From IMG/VR virus record IMGVR_UViG_3300009786_004548: a stretch of 64,000 nt of DNA, one strand, 5' to 3'. A program made the translations under genes and the position numbers. Under the pieces are notes generated by a model, which saw only the letters and a program-made list of their open reading frames with translations, made no database searches and had not been told where the DNA came from. Source of the DNA: an uncultured virus (IMG/VR IMGVR_UViG_3300009786_004548). Taxonomy: Duplodnaviria > Heunggongvirae > Uroviricota > Caudoviricetes. Shown piece by piece: positions 1 through 10,231 of this stretch. Within the stretch, counting starts at the first letter, position 1. Each line of letters opens with the position of its first letter.

Positions 1-489
1 TCAAATTGGTGCAATGGTACAGAGAATGCGGCGACCTTGATGGGATAGCTTCGATTCTATTTTGCCCACATCCATCAACTCTTCAACAACCCGTTCCATG
101 ACTTTACGCCCATCGTCTATATGAGCATTTTCTCGGCCTTTAAACTGCATGGAAAACTGGACTTTGTCTTTGTGCAAAAGAAACTGCCTGGCCTGCTTCA
201 CTTTAAATTCGATATCATGATCGCCAGTTCCAGGTCGCAATCGAATTTCTTTTAGCTTGACCTTGTGAACTTTCTGAGGGTTTTTACTGCGCTCATATTT
301 GTATTTGCCGTAGTCCATGATACGACAAACGGGAGGTCGTGCCTGCGGTGCGACCTCTACTAAGTCTAAGCCTGCATCACGAGCTTTCCAACGTGCTTCG
401 TTGATAGGAAGAACACCTAGCTGTGTTCCATCTTCGTCAATCAACCGAACTTGGCTACCCCTGATTTTATCGTTAATTCTTTGTTCGAT
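1..489 (-). CDS. infC: Translation initiation factor IF-3, probable non-canonical ATC start
   Basis: Motifs [38 protein letters not shown]. The frame stays open past the tracked TTG (444) through [10 protein letters not shown] to a TAG at 511-513, with no ATG. AGGT lies 7 nt before ATC 489. Confidence 0.93.
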   Translation of the reverse strand: MEQRINDKIRGSQVRLIDEDGTQLGVLPINEARWKARDAGLDLVEVAPQARPPVCRIMDYGKYKYERSKNPQKVHKVKLKEIRLRPGTGDHDIEFKVKQARQFLLHKDKVQFSMQFKGRENAHIDDGRKVMERVVEELMDVGKIESKLSHQGRRILCTIAPI

Positions 490-777
490 GATTAAAACCT
501 GTGACTTAGCCTAACCACTATTCTGGATGTTCCCATGTTTATATCTAGAATCCAAACTTCATTTTTGAAATTATACCAATTTGCTGTACTATAGTGCAAT
601 CTTAATAATAAAAATTTCGAGCTAATAAAAAACGAGAAGATCTATCAAATACACATTAAAAACATAGAATATAATCTGAAGGCGGCCATAAGAAAAAAGC
701 CTAAAATATAAAATCAAGGTAGAAACAATTATATAACGTAAACCCTTTGGAAAACTATAACCTGTAACGAACGTAAT

Positions 778-1503
778 TCAATGGATGAGATGTGGGAAGC
801 CCTGGTCATAAACAATTCCTTGATTACATTTCACAAATCCGTCCTTGCGAATCCCGCCATTGACATACGAAGAAGCATTAATAAAAGTCATACCGTCACG
901 CTGTAACATACCATAATTATAACAACCTGGCTCGTCGTGAATGTGTCCAAATGCATGTATAGTGGGACGAAGTTGTTGAACCTTGTTTAATAGGCTCTTA
1001 CAGCCGACATGAACAAACCGATTACTTTTGTCTTTGTCTTCACAAACGTCAAGTATTCCTTTGGGCGGCCCATGCGTGACGAGGATATCACAGAGAGGAA
1101 CAGATTCCCATACTTGCTGCATCCGGTTGGACTTTTTCATATAGGCCCAACTTTTACCAAAAGAGGGAGTGTAGGGTGAACCAAAAATATTGATACCCTC
1201 AATATTTATAAATTGATGGATTAAAAATGTGACACCCGGATAATCTTCACTAGTGATCAAGCCCTCCTGAATTGCGGTAGAGTGATTTCCAGGGACAAAG
1301 ACCTTATGCTCAACATCTAAAGTTGAGAACCACTCAAAGAACTTATGAGATTCCCCCTCATTAATATGTGGGTTGCTATGGTTTGCCTCATCACCGCAGC
1401 AAATGATTAGATTTGTTTCTTTAGGAACTATAATTTCTTCATGATGACCGTGAGTATCGCTGATAAAGTAAATCTTCATAGTTTTAAACCCTAAGTAAAG
1501 CAC
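778..1503 (-). CDS. Calcineurin-like metallophosphoesterase
   Basis: DTH, GD, GNH, THGPP, GHIH motifs; likely start MKIYFISD. Confidence 0.9.
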   Translation of the reverse strand: MLYLGFKTMKIYFISDTHGHHEEIIVPKETNLIICCGDEANHSNPHINEGESHKFFEWFSTLDVEHKVFVPGNHSTAIQEGLITSEDYPGVTFLIHQFINIEGINIFGSPYTPSFGKSWAYMKKSNRMQQVWESVPLCDILVTHGPPKGILDVCEDKDKSNRFVHVGCKSLLNKVQQLRPTIHAFGHIHDEPGCYNYGMLQRDGMTFINASSYVNGGIRKDGFVKCNQGIVYDQGFPHLIH

Positions 1504-1720
1504 TTATTTGCTGCCTGTAGTAGGAACATAGGAACACATACTCAGAGGGCCACATTGCCCTTCTAAGCGTAGTAACTCACAAACTTGGACATCACCTCGG
1601 ATATGGACATAATAGCGGCGTCCTGCGGGTAAAGGAACTCTAAAAATACAAAGTGTTGAATAAATACTTTTATGGATTCTTTTAAATTATACAAACTATG
1701 GATTAAAATATAGAACCAAG

Positions 1721-3454
1721 ATGAACAAAATAAGCAAATCAGAAGTCGAAGAAATCAGGAATTCTTTGGGATTATCCCCTGAGTACATCCTGACCAAATT
1801 AAAACAACACAATGCGAACTTTAGAGATACAACAAAGTTGGATCAAGTTTTTCATAATGTTACTGTGGGTATAGAAAAAGACTTCCTAACATCACACCAT
1901 GCCGCTGATTTTGATTTTGAAAAGGTAAAAGATATGGTTGGTTACTATTGGCAAAATAGGCCAAACATTTCTCATGTGGGAAACGCAAATGACGATAATG
2001 ACGATATGCCAATGATTGGAAAAGGAATACCAAGCAGATTTGAGAGTTTTAAATTATACAAACAATCTGAGCCTGTGCAACTCTCGTTCTTAGAATGGCT
2101 TTTAGAGCAAGAACAAGGCGTACACGCCTATATGAACGCTAACCCCAAAGACCCCACAAATAAGGACAAAGATTTTCTAAACTTTGGAAATTCCTTTAAC
2201 ATCAAAGATGATTTAAAGAAATTTAAAACATCCACCGGACGACAAATGTTTAGATTTTTCAACGGAACATGGAGCACCGGACGATACAACTTAAACGATG
2301 ACACCATTAATCAATTAATAGAATTAACCGGAATTAGAGACCTTAAAAACATAATCGACGGCAAAGCAGCTAACGGAGCGTTAATCCCAGTTGTTGGACG
2401 TGGCCCCGAAAATATTGATCCAACTCAAGTACTCAGCGATCCAACTCAAGGAGCCGCTAAAGGTCCAGTAGACACCGTTCTAGCAAATATGGAAAAAGAA
2501 ATTGAAAAAGCTGCAAAGAAAACAAAAGGCACCGCTAAAGAAATTTTTGCCTCTATAGAAAAACACCTTGAACAACTAGCCGCCTCCGTTGATAAAGAAG
2601 CTCAAGGCGAGTACGTTAAAGATTTCTTAAAATTCGCTGCCAAGTTCTACAGATATAGCTTCAACAACCAAATGCTAATTTACGTTCAGAAAAAACACGC
2701 CACCTACGTGAACACCAAAGCAAGATGGCGGGAAATGGGAAGAACAGTTACAAAATGGAATGAAGGCATCACAGTAGTAGTTCCATTTTTTGGAAAAACA
2801 AAAGACAAAGATGCTGACTCTACGCCACCTGCAAGCGAAAAAGATAAACGAGCCATTTATTTTGGAACAGGCAAAGTTTATGATATATCCGCCACAGAAA
2901 TCATACCTGGGCAAGAAGATAAAGCAAAAATATTTGAACCAAATGACTGGCGACAAGACACAGACGAAAACACAGAAGAACTTACAATCATGATTAATGC
3001 AGGTCTTGAATTCGCCAAAGAAAAATCAATTAACATTGATTATGAAAAACTAGCGGCAGGACATGGAGGATATTCCGCAGGCGGAAAAATTGTCATTAAT
3101 GACACCTATGGCGGAATAAACAAATTCAGCACATTAGTTCATGAACTAGCTCATGAAATATTGCATCAAGTTCTGAGCGGCACAGAAAGAGCCGAAGAGA
3201 AGAAAATAGATCCAGGAGTTTTAGAATGGGACGCAGAATCCACCGCTTACATTGTTCTACAACATTTTGGATTTGAAACTAAAGATTCTGCACGATATTT
3301 AGCCCTTTGGCAAGGAACCGCAGAAAAAATCAAAAGCAGAAAAACCAATATCCAAAAAGCTTGTAAAGAGATAATTGATGGAATTCATGACAACATGATC
3401 GAAGAAATAGAAGACAAAGAAAAAGAAAAAGAAGAAGAACCAGTCGCCGTTTAG
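1721..3454 (+). CDS. Polyvalent-type protein: ArdC-like ssDNA-binding domain plus zincin metallopeptidase
   Basis: YSFNNQMLI...ATYV...W (ArdC-N) and HELAHE...E-AE (MPTase/ImmA-like). Confidence 0.8.
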   Translation: MNKISKSEVEEIRNSLGLSPEYILTKLKQHNANFRDTTKLDQVFHNVTVGIEKDFLTSHHAADFDFEKVKDMVGYYWQNRPNISHVGNANDDNDDMPMIGKGIPSRFESFKLYKQSEPVQLSFLEWLLEQEQGVHAYMNANPKDPTNKDKDFLNFGNSFNIKDDLKKFKTSTGRQMFRFFNGTWSTGRYNLNDDTINQLIELTGIRDLKNIIDGKAANGALIPVVGRGPENIDPTQVLSDPTQGAAKGPVDTVLANMEKEIEKAAKKTKGTAKEIFASIEKHLEQLAASVDKEAQGEYVKDFLKFAAKFYRYSFNNQMLIYVQKKHATYVNTKARWREMGRTVTKWNEGITVVVPFFGKTKDKDADSTPPASEKDKRAIYFGTGKVYDISATEIIPGQEDKAKIFEPNDWRQDTDENTEELTIMINAGLEFAKEKSINIDYEKLAAGHGGYSAGGKIVINDTYGGINKFSTLVHELAHEILHQVLSGTERAEEKKIDPGVLEWDAESTAYIVLQHFGFETKDSARYLALWQGTAEKIKSRKTNIQKACKEIIDGIHDNMIEEIEDKEKEKEEEPVAV

Positions 3455-3467
3455 AGGAAAGAAACAT

Positions 3468-3848
3468 TATGGACTTTCAAGAATTAAATAAAAAAATGAA
3501 TGACAGCGAATACCAATACAATGAGGTCTTCGGGCCTAAGATCGGTTTAGCTAGCGATCAATACCGAGTGCCACCAGGCTGGACCTCGCCCAACCGCCAA
3601 TTCGACGATGAAATTTCACCGCACATAACGAATTTAGAAGGCGGTGCTCGTGAAATTGACGATGTGTCCGACTATCTCGTAGACCTGCTTGCCGACAGTC
3701 CGCTGTTCGGTAGGCTGAAAGCGAATGTGTTGGGTACGCTGGGGATGCATTCTAGGAAATTGAGAGATATGGCATCCGATATCCGTCACAGGGCAATCGC
3801 AAAGGAAAACACTATGGACTTTCAAGAATTAAATAAAAAAATGAATGA
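3468..3848 (+). repeat. 36-bp exact direct repeat (3468-3503, 3813-3848)
   Basis: tatggactttcaagaattaaataaaaaaatgaatga seen twice. Confidence 0.95.
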
Positions 3849-4125
3849 ACACCAATGCAATGAGCAATCGCCGGTGTCGATGAGTACCCAAACCCCGCAG
3901 CCCCAAGTAAGAGTTTACAAGCATGTCGTCGGTGGGGAATACGATGTGTTCGCTAGCTTTACTACAGTGAAAGAAGCTCTAGCATATATGCGAAAATCGA
4001 ACCCTGACCAGATGCATAACTGGTACATCATCGATGCAGACGGTAAACGTTTGCAGATGAATGATGAGGGTACTGGTTTGGTTGTAACGTATGGTCTTGG
4101 GACCACCAATGTGCCCAATCCATAA
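3469..4125 (+). CDS. Hypothetical protein made of two in-frame leader+payload modules (second start 3814)
   Basis: MDFQELNKKMN occurs twice, each with an AGGAAA ribosome-binding site. Confidence 0.75.
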   Translation: MDFQELNKKMNDSEYQYNEVFGPKIGLASDQYRVPPGWTSPNRQFDDEISPHITNLEGGAREIDDVSDYLVDLLADSPLFGRLKANVLGTLGMHSRKLRDMASDIRHRAIAKENTMDFQELNKKMNEHQCNEQSPVSMSTQTPQPQVRVYKHVVGGEYDVFASFTTVKEALAYMRKSNPDQMHNWYIIDADGKRLQMNDEGTGLVVTYGLGTTNVPNP

Positions 4126-4167
4126 GCAGACCACACTCAGGCTTGGGTGTTCTAGCAACTAAGCAAC

Positions 4168-4467
4168 CTAACGAATAGCATCCCATATGTGTTCAGAGAA
4201 GCTTTCTCCATCTAACATTGAAATCAATATAGCAGGATGATTCCTCTTAGAAAATTCCTTCATATATTCTTCTCTAGGAGAATCACCTAGTTTGTTTTTT
4301 ATATTACCGAACACACCTCGATAGTATTCGGATAAGTTTCTATATCTAGAACTAAAATCTAATACAACGTCCATAACGTCTTGAAATGAATGGGAACCAT
4401 TGTTAGCCATTTCAATGACATCATTTAATTTTCCGTCTTTAAGTAGATTCCAGACGTGTATTTCCAT
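4168..4467 (-). CDS. Hypothetical protein
   Basis: 99-aa ORF with ATATATA motif 4 nt before ATG. Confidence 0.65.
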   Translation of the reverse strand: MEIHVWNLLKDGKLNDVIEMANNGSHSFQDVMDVVLDFSSRYRNLSEYYRGVFGNIKNKLGDSPREEYMKEFSKRNHPAILISMLDGESFSEHIWDAIR

Positions 4468-4490
4468 TAACTATATATTATGTGAACTCA

Positions 4491-4703
4491 TTAACTTTCA
4501 TGCACTATTATAGCCCCTAAGTTCCAATCGCTCTCGACACAAGAAGCAAAATCATGTCTATCCAAAACGGATTGCACAATTTGCTTCATAGTAGGCGAAT
4601 TGCCCGTGATAATCTTCACAGGCATTTCATTTATCAAAACAAAGTTCTCAACCAGCAACTCAACTTGATGATGCCTTAAGCCATGTAAGTCTAATGTTTC
4701 CAT
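4491..4703 (-). CDS. Stand-alone Smr-like protein
   Basis: TLDLHG and IITGNS motifs. Confidence 0.8.
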   Translation of the reverse strand: METLDLHGLRHHQVELLVENFVLINEMPVKIITGNSPTMKQIVQSVLDRHDFASCVESDWNLGAIIVHES

Positions 4704-4756
4704 AACTCATTTTTCACAACTAATTCGCCATTTTTGATAGTTAAAAAATACAATTC

Positions 4757-4784
4757 ATTATACTAAATTACAATGCACTGTAAA
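4757..4784 (-). promoter_or_regulatory. TTTACA-N16-TATAAT promoter
   Basis: One of seven intergenic copies with identical spacing. Confidence 0.75.
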
Positions 4785-4797
4785 ATAAGAAAATAAT

Positions 4798-5082
4798 ATG
4801 ACAAATTATAAAATAGTAGAACATTTCTTTACCTGTGACTGTATGTCTCACGGATTACGAATAGTCTCGTATGATTGGAATGAAGACTATCCACAAGATG
4901 AAGACATTAATATAGAACTATGGAAGTGCGCAGGTATTGGCCGTAAGGGTGTGTGGCATAGAATTAAGATGTGCTGGAATATAATGTGGCATGGTAGGGA
5001 TTATGTTGACGATGTTGTGTTAAAGAGAGAGGACGCTAAACGTCTAGCGGAAGTTATAATCGAGTTAACAGGGGAAAACTAA
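4798..5082 (+). CDS. Hypothetical protein
   Basis: 94-aa ORF, CDCxxH motif. Confidence 0.65.
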   Translation: MTNYKIVEHFFTCDCMSHGLRIVSYDWNEDYPQDEDINIELWKCAGIGRKGVWHRIKMCWNIMWHGRDYVDDVVLKREDAKRLAEVIIELTGEN

Positions 5083-5116
5083 AAGATTTGATTGATACCG
5101 GGAGATACTACCGTAA

Positions 5117-5326
5117 TCAGCATTTTCGTGAAATGCGCTCTGATTGCCATTTATCTAATTCCTTTAACTTTTTATCTACACCAGTTATATCGAAACCTAA
5201 ATCTCCGGCGTTCCTTAGCACGTTTTGTTCACTTCCTATATTAAGAGAAACTAAATTTTCCTTAAAATCAAACACCGCAAAGGAGTATGAATCACCTGCG
5301 ACTTTATTGACTCTAAATTTATACAC
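5117..5326 (-). CDS. Hypothetical protein
   Basis: Packed in the operon downstream of 5335-5745. Confidence 0.5.
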   Translation of the reverse strand: MYKFRVNKVAGDSYSFAVFDFKENLVSLNIGSEQNVLRNAGDLGFDITGVDKKLKELDKWQSERISRKC

Positions 5327-5334
5327 GATAATAT

Positions 5335-5745
5335 TTAACTTTCCCCGCCTATATCCATCCTAAATGGATTGCTTTCATCTAAATGATCAAAAAGATCATC
5401 ATCCACTTCCTCTGGAAAATGTTTTTTGGCTTCAGACACAATATCTTTAAGGTCATTAAAAGTAAAAATTCCCAACGCCAAAGCACAACCATGAATGTGA
5501 CCAATCCAACGGTGCAATTTCGTTGAGGGCCAACGTTCTGATTTTTTCTCTATCCTCTCACACATCCAAACCAATCGTTCTGGACTTGCTTCTTTAGAAA
5601 TTTCAAAAAAGGATTTGATGTTCGAATCAGAATGGAAATGATCGATGAAATTGTCCGCCAAATACCCATCTCCTCCCATCCACTTTTGAAGCCGACAATG
5701 TGTTTCATGAGCAATATGACTAGCCAATAAATGTGCCTGATCCAT
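5335..5745 (-). CDS. Hypothetical protein
   Basis: 136-aa ORF, KLHRWIGxIxG motif. Confidence 0.7.
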   Translation of the reverse strand: MDQAHLLASHIAHETHCRLQKWMGGDGYLADNFIDHFHSDSNIKSFFEISKEASPERLVWMCERIEKKSERWPSTKLHRWIGHIHGCALALGIFTFNDLKDIVSEAKKHFPEEVDDDLFDHLDESNPFRMDIGGES

Positions 5746-5755
5746 ACTCTGCCTT

Positions 5756-6715
5756 TCAAATACTTAAACTTTCATTCGTCTTGCGGACACTCTCTTCTTG
5801 CCCACACAATTCAGTTGCTGCTCTAACCGCATCAATGTTCTCAGGTATCACATTACTTTCTTGATGTATTGCTTGCAAGTAAAACAATTTATTATCAATA
5901 ACCCCAATGGTTTCTTCCCAAATGCATATCTCCGGCATATCGCCTCGGCTTCTTCCAAGATCTTTAGCATATTCTATGATTTCCGCAGTTGATCTGATTC
6001 CATCAGAACTCTTAACCACACGCAATCTTGTGGTGTTATTAAATAATTCTATCACACTATTGACATCAGTTTTACATTCAAGATCTACTGTAACACTATG
6101 AACGTGCATCACCGTAGTTGGCACAGTCATAGAAGTGGTAAACACATCCATGTCTGAAAGAACGGTTCTAACATCTGGACCATGGTGAGATGGCAGCTTT
6201 AAAATAGGAACAATGGCATTTATCGGGCCATGATATATATCCCAAGGATCAGCAGCACGACGAACTATTGTAGCATGCACTTTTTTAACTCCATACTCAT
6301 TATCAATAGCATGAAGAGTTCTACAAAGCCCCGTAGTATTACAGCTTACTACTCTGATGAAGTCTTCTCCCGCAACATCATCATAATTGCACTGAGCTAC
6401 AAAACTAGCCCCCACATCTGGTTTTTCTCCACCTTGAAATATTGCTTTTAATCCAAATTGTTCATATAATTTCTTATTTTCAAAACCCATCTTCTTAGGC
6501 GCACAGTCTATAACAACATCAGATTTCTCTAACAAAGCAAAATGAGAATTGTCATAAACTGGGAATACACTAATCCCCTTTTTTTCCGCCGACTTTATTT
6601 TATAATTATATCTTTTCGATGTTACTCCGACCAACTCCATGTCATCTTGGAGAATGACAGCATCGGCAACTCTTTTTCCTATTGTTCCATATCCAAATAC
6701 ACCAATTTTAATCAT
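5756..6715 (-). CDS. gap: Type II (archaeal-type) glyceraldehyde-3-phosphate dehydrogenase
   Basis: GYGTIGKRVADAV, QGGEK, catalytic VVSCNTTGL, PSHHGPDV, PENIDAVRA. Confidence 0.93.
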   Translation of the reverse strand: MIKIGVFGYGTIGKRVADAVILQDDMELVGVTSKRYNYKIKSAEKKGISVFPVYDNSHFALLEKSDVVIDCAPKKMGFENKKLYEQFGLKAIFQGGEKPDVGASFVAQCNYDDVAGEDFIRVVSCNTTGLCRTLHAIDNEYGVKKVHATIVRRAADPWDIYHGPINAIVPILKLPSHHGPDVRTVLSDMDVFTTSMTVPTTVMHVHSVTVDLECKTDVNSVIELFNNTTRLRVVKSSDGIRSTAEIIEYAKDLGRSRGDMPEICIWEETIGVIDNKLFYLQAIHQESNVIPENIDAVRAATELCGQEESVRKTNESLSI

Positions 6716-6811
6716 ATTTACTTTTTCATTTTATAAAGTAACACCGGAAAATGGCAATACAAAAAATTCATGCCAGCTTATTTTATCAAGTTTTTTTATA
6801 GAAAACAACCC

Positions 6812-7912
6812 CTAACTGAAAACCTGGTTTTCTTGCACCGTAGTTCTAATAAATGTCGTGCATTTACTTAAATCTTTAAGACGATTAGCTCCCACATAGG
6901 CGCAAGCGCTACGAATCCCGCCCAAGATGTCTTTAACAACTAAATCCACAGGTCCTTTATATGGCAACTTTACACACTTTCCTTCTGCCGCACGATATTC
7001 TGCCATGCCGCCATTATACTTCGCCATGGCTTCTTCGCTAGACATTCCATAAAATTTCAAACATTTCTTAACCCATATTACATTGCCTTCTTCATCAGAT
7101 TCTACTGTCGTTTCCATCGGCCACACACTATTATTTGTCAACAATGCTTCTTCTTCCCAGTCCCCTTCCGACTCATCAGTCGCCGCAAGCATGCCGCCCA
7201 ACATTACAAAATCAGCACCACCACTAAATGCTTTCACTACATCCCCTGGCACGGTGCAACCACCATCACTGCATATTAAACCACCAAGACCATGGGCTGC
7301 ATCAGCACATTCAATGACGGCTGATAATTGGGGATATCCCACACCCGTTTTAACTCTAGTAGTGCAAACGCTTCCAGGTCCAATGCCAATTTTAACAATG
7401 TCCGCTGCGCCCGAAAGAAGCAACTCCTGAACCATCTCTGGGGTGACGACATTTCCAGCCATTATTGTCGCATTAGGGCAAACTTCCCTTACCTGCTTAA
7501 CTTTGTCTTGAAAATAATTTGTATAACCATTTGCAACATCTACACAAATGTTTTTTATATCAGAGATTTCTTTAACTTTATTTAATCTTTCAAGATCTCC
7601 ATCTCTTATGCCCATAGTATAAAAAGCATGGTGATTTTGTTCCGTATTAAAAAAATCTACCAACTCGTCTTCTTCATAATGTTTATGCAAACATGTCAAC
7701 ATGCCATGCTCAGAAATAGATTTAGACATTGCCATAGTTCCTGTGGCAATCATGTTTGAGGCAATGATAGGAACGCCCGTCCATTCCTGTCTGGAATTCA
7801 GCATCTTATAAGTTCGTTCTAACTCAACTTTAGAACGACTTGCTGTTTCAGACCTTTTTGGTCGAATAAGAACGTCTTTAAAATCTAGCTTTAATTCATT
7901 AATTATTTGCAT
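6812..7912 (-). CDS. guaC: GMP reductase
   Basis: [37 protein letters not shown]. Confidence 0.95.
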   Translation of the reverse strand: MQIINELKLDFKDVLIRPKRSETASRSKVELERTYKMLNSRQEWTGVPIIASNMIATGTMAMSKSISEHGMLTCLHKHYEEDELVDFFNTEQNHHAFYTMGIRDGDLERLNKVKEISDIKNICVDVANGYTNYFQDKVKQVREVCPNATIMAGNVVTPEMVQELLLSGAADIVKIGIGPGSVCTTRVKTGVGYPQLSAVIECADAAHGLGGLICSDGGCTVPGDVVKAFSGGADFVMLGGMLAATDESEGDWEEEALLTNNSVWPMETTVESDEEGNVIWVKKCLKFYGMSSEEAMAKYNGGMAEYRAAEGKCVKLPYKGPVDLVVKDILGGIRSACAYVGANRLKDLSKCTTFIRTTVQENQVFS

Positions 7913-7968
7913 GATTTTAAGATAATGTTTTTATCATAATAAGTCAAGAAAAGATCATTATGGCAGAA

Positions 7969-8637
7969 TTAGTGAGGATAAATTGTTCTATTTGTCACAT
8001 CTTCTAAATCTACGTTACTCCAATCAAAATCGCCCACCTCTTTAATTTTTTTGCCAAGGTATTCACTATGACAATACAGTCCTGTGACGGGTTTATTCCT
8101 TAAATACTCGTCGGCCAAGCTCGAAAATCTTCCAACCAAGGGATTAGATACGCCAGCTTCAATGCATTCAAAACCCAACGCACTAGAGAACAAGACCCGA
8201 AGTCCCATGTCACTAAACTGAAAAAAGTTCCAAGGTCTACCATGTGATGAATACGAAAAATGCGTTTCAACAAAAACAAAACCACCAACCTTCAGTGTTT
8301 TAGCTATTTCAGTTGCTACCACCCACGGCATTGCAAAATGTTCGAAGCATGCGCTGGAATAAATGAGATCAAACTTCTCGTCTTCCTTGAAATAAGAAGA
8401 TAACTTATGCGCATCCCCAACAACGTCAACGTTCTTCCCTGCTTTAAAATCAAAACCGACATACTCTGAAAAATGACTTCGATCCTCATTGTCATGATAC
8501 ACTACTTCACGGCTTCCTACTTCTAATGCCCTAAACCCTTCTTTTTTTCCTAGCTTATGCAAAAACCCCCGCCAATTCATATGACTGACTTGACTAGACA
8601 ACGGTATGTCTTTATGGATAAATTCTTCGTCCTTCAT
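7969..8637 (-). CDS. Class I SAM-dependent methyltransferase
   Basis: LEVGS, VDVVGDAH, FEH..PW. Confidence 0.85.
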   Translation of the reverse strand: MKDEEFIHKDIPLSSQVSHMNWRGFLHKLGKKEGFRALEVGSREVVYHDNEDRSHFSEYVGFDFKAGKNVDVVGDAHKLSSYFKEDEKFDLIYSSACFEHFAMPWVVATEIAKTLKVGGFVFVETHFSYSSHGRPWNFFQFSDMGLRVLFSSALGFECIEAGVSNPLVGRFSSLADEYLRNKPVTGLYCHSEYLGKKIKEVGDFDWSNVDLEDVTNRTIYPH

Positions 8638-8669
8638 TGTTGCCTTCCTCTAACAGAATTGATATTTTG

Positions 8670-9308
8670 TTAATCATCATATATTTTGTTTTGGATAGAC
8701 ATCCATATCGGATTGTCATTGTATATTTTTTTAATTTGTTTTTGTGTATAAAGTATTTTTTTATATGAACCAATATTTCTTTTTTCATTACCAGCACTTA
8801 ACAACCTCTTGTTATCTTTAATTTTTAATCCGTATTCGGACATAATATTTATAAAATCCTCATAAAGATATTCTGTTCTTATATAATGTTTTATATTAAG
8901 GTTACTTACAGACCCCATAAGCCACGCATCGGGCGATGCCCATTTTACACTATCTCCTTCATGTGCACTTAATCCGCAATGTGCGGACAGCCCACTGTGG
9001 ATGAACCCCATAAGAGATTTTTCTTCTATTTGTTTAAGTGTAAATCTTTCAGGAAATGCTCTTAACATATGATGATTATGTGAAACAATCCAATTGATTA
9101 TTTTTCGGAACCCAATTATTTTATCTTTTGTCTCAAAATCAATGTCAGGAAGTCTTTCCTTGATATCTGAAATTCCTTGATGCTTTACTGGATCAGCATC
9201 TAGATCTCTAAACTCTACTATTTCTGGGCACTTGCTAAAAAGATGACTTACGGTTGTGCCTCCAGTTTTCCCCAAGTGCAACCACACAAAATCTTTGCCA
9301 TATATCAT
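8670..9308 (-). CDS. Sulfotransferase-like protein
   Basis: WLHLGKTGGTT PAPS-loop-like motif; IRTEYLYEDF. Confidence 0.65.
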   Translation of the reverse strand: MIYGKDFVWLHLGKTGGTTVSHLFSKCPEIVEFRDLDADPVKHQGISDIKERLPDIDFETKDKIIGFRKIINWIVSHNHHMLRAFPERFTLKQIEEKSLMGFIHSGLSAHCGLSAHEGDSVKWASPDAWLMGSVSNLNIKHYIRTEYLYEDFINIMSEYGLKIKDNKRLLSAGNEKRNIGSYKKILYTQKQIKKIYNDNPIWMSIQNKIYDD

Positions 9309-9309
9309 A

Positions 9310-9426
9310 TTATTCAATTACAGACGCCGAGCGACTTGCCTCTGCGCTTAACGCAGCGTGATAACTTGTATCTTCAAGAAAGGCTTCAATATCATCCTTC
9401 CACATTTCAAACAACTTATTATTCAT
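9310..9426 (-). CDS. Small 38-aa ORF (not in track)
   Basis: MNNKLFEMWKDDIEAF...; AGGAAA upstream; fills the operon gap. Confidence 0.45.
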   Translation of the reverse strand: MNNKLFEMWKDDIEAFLEDTSYHAALSAEASRSASVIE

Positions 9427-9439
9427 ATTGGATTGTTTC

Positions 9440-10231
9440 CTAATTAAAACCATTCAAATAATCAGCAGCATTAGAAATTATATTTGATCGAGCATTCTCA
9501 ATGGTGCCAAGATTACGTTTAGCTTGCTGAATATAACTCGCACCATGAACTCTCCACTTAGTTTTCTTTTCCGATTGGAAAAAAAATTTACCTTTAACGC
9601 TTAATTGCCCTAAAAGCCACCAATCTAACCATGTACTAAAAGAATCATGTGGGAACTTCAAATCAAATTTGCAAGTATTTAATAATTCTTTTTTAACAAT
9701 AAAACATGAAAAAGTATAAACGTAATTCCAAACTGACAAATATTTAAAAGCATAAAAAGGTATTTCTTTGATTTTATAAATTTTTCTATCTTCTCTAATT
9801 TTATTTTCTATAAAAACGGCGTAATATCCAGCCAATTCACCAAACATTTCAACATCATTATGAACCAAAATAACATCTTTATGTCTTTTAAAAATATCCA
9901 TTTTTGAAGAGAGATAATCATCATGTTTCCAAATATCATCCGCTTCAATAAATGCTATATAATCACCTGAGCAATGTTTCAATCCAAGTCTATATGTTTC
10001 TACTAGACCTTTATTTTCTTTATTAGGATGGAAGAGCAATTTTATTTTATCGCATTTTTTAATGTATTTTTCAATAACTCTAACCGAATTATCTTTAGAA
10101 CCATCATCAACAATAATTAATTCCCAATCTTTATGACTTTGTTTCAAAACAGATTCTATTGCTTCTGAAATGAATAAATCATAGTTAAAACTAGGAAGCA
10201 TAATTGATATTTTTTCTACACTTTTAAGCAT
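9440..10231 (-). CDS. Glycosyltransferase family 2
   Basis: ELIIVDDGSKD, YIAFIEADD. Confidence 0.92.
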   Translation of the reverse strand: MLKSVEKISIMLPSFNYDLFISEAIESVLKQSHKDWELIIVDDGSKDNSVRVIEKYIKKCDKIKLLFHPNKENKGLVETYRLGLKHCSGDYIAFIEADDIWKHDDYLSSKMDIFKRHKDVILVHNDVEMFGELAGYYAVFIENKIREDRKIYKIKEIPFYAFKYLSVWNYVYTFSCFIVKKELLNTCKFDLKFPHDSFSTWLDWWLLGQLSVKGKFFFQSEKKTKWRVHGASYIQQAKRNLGTIENARSNIISNAADYLNGFN

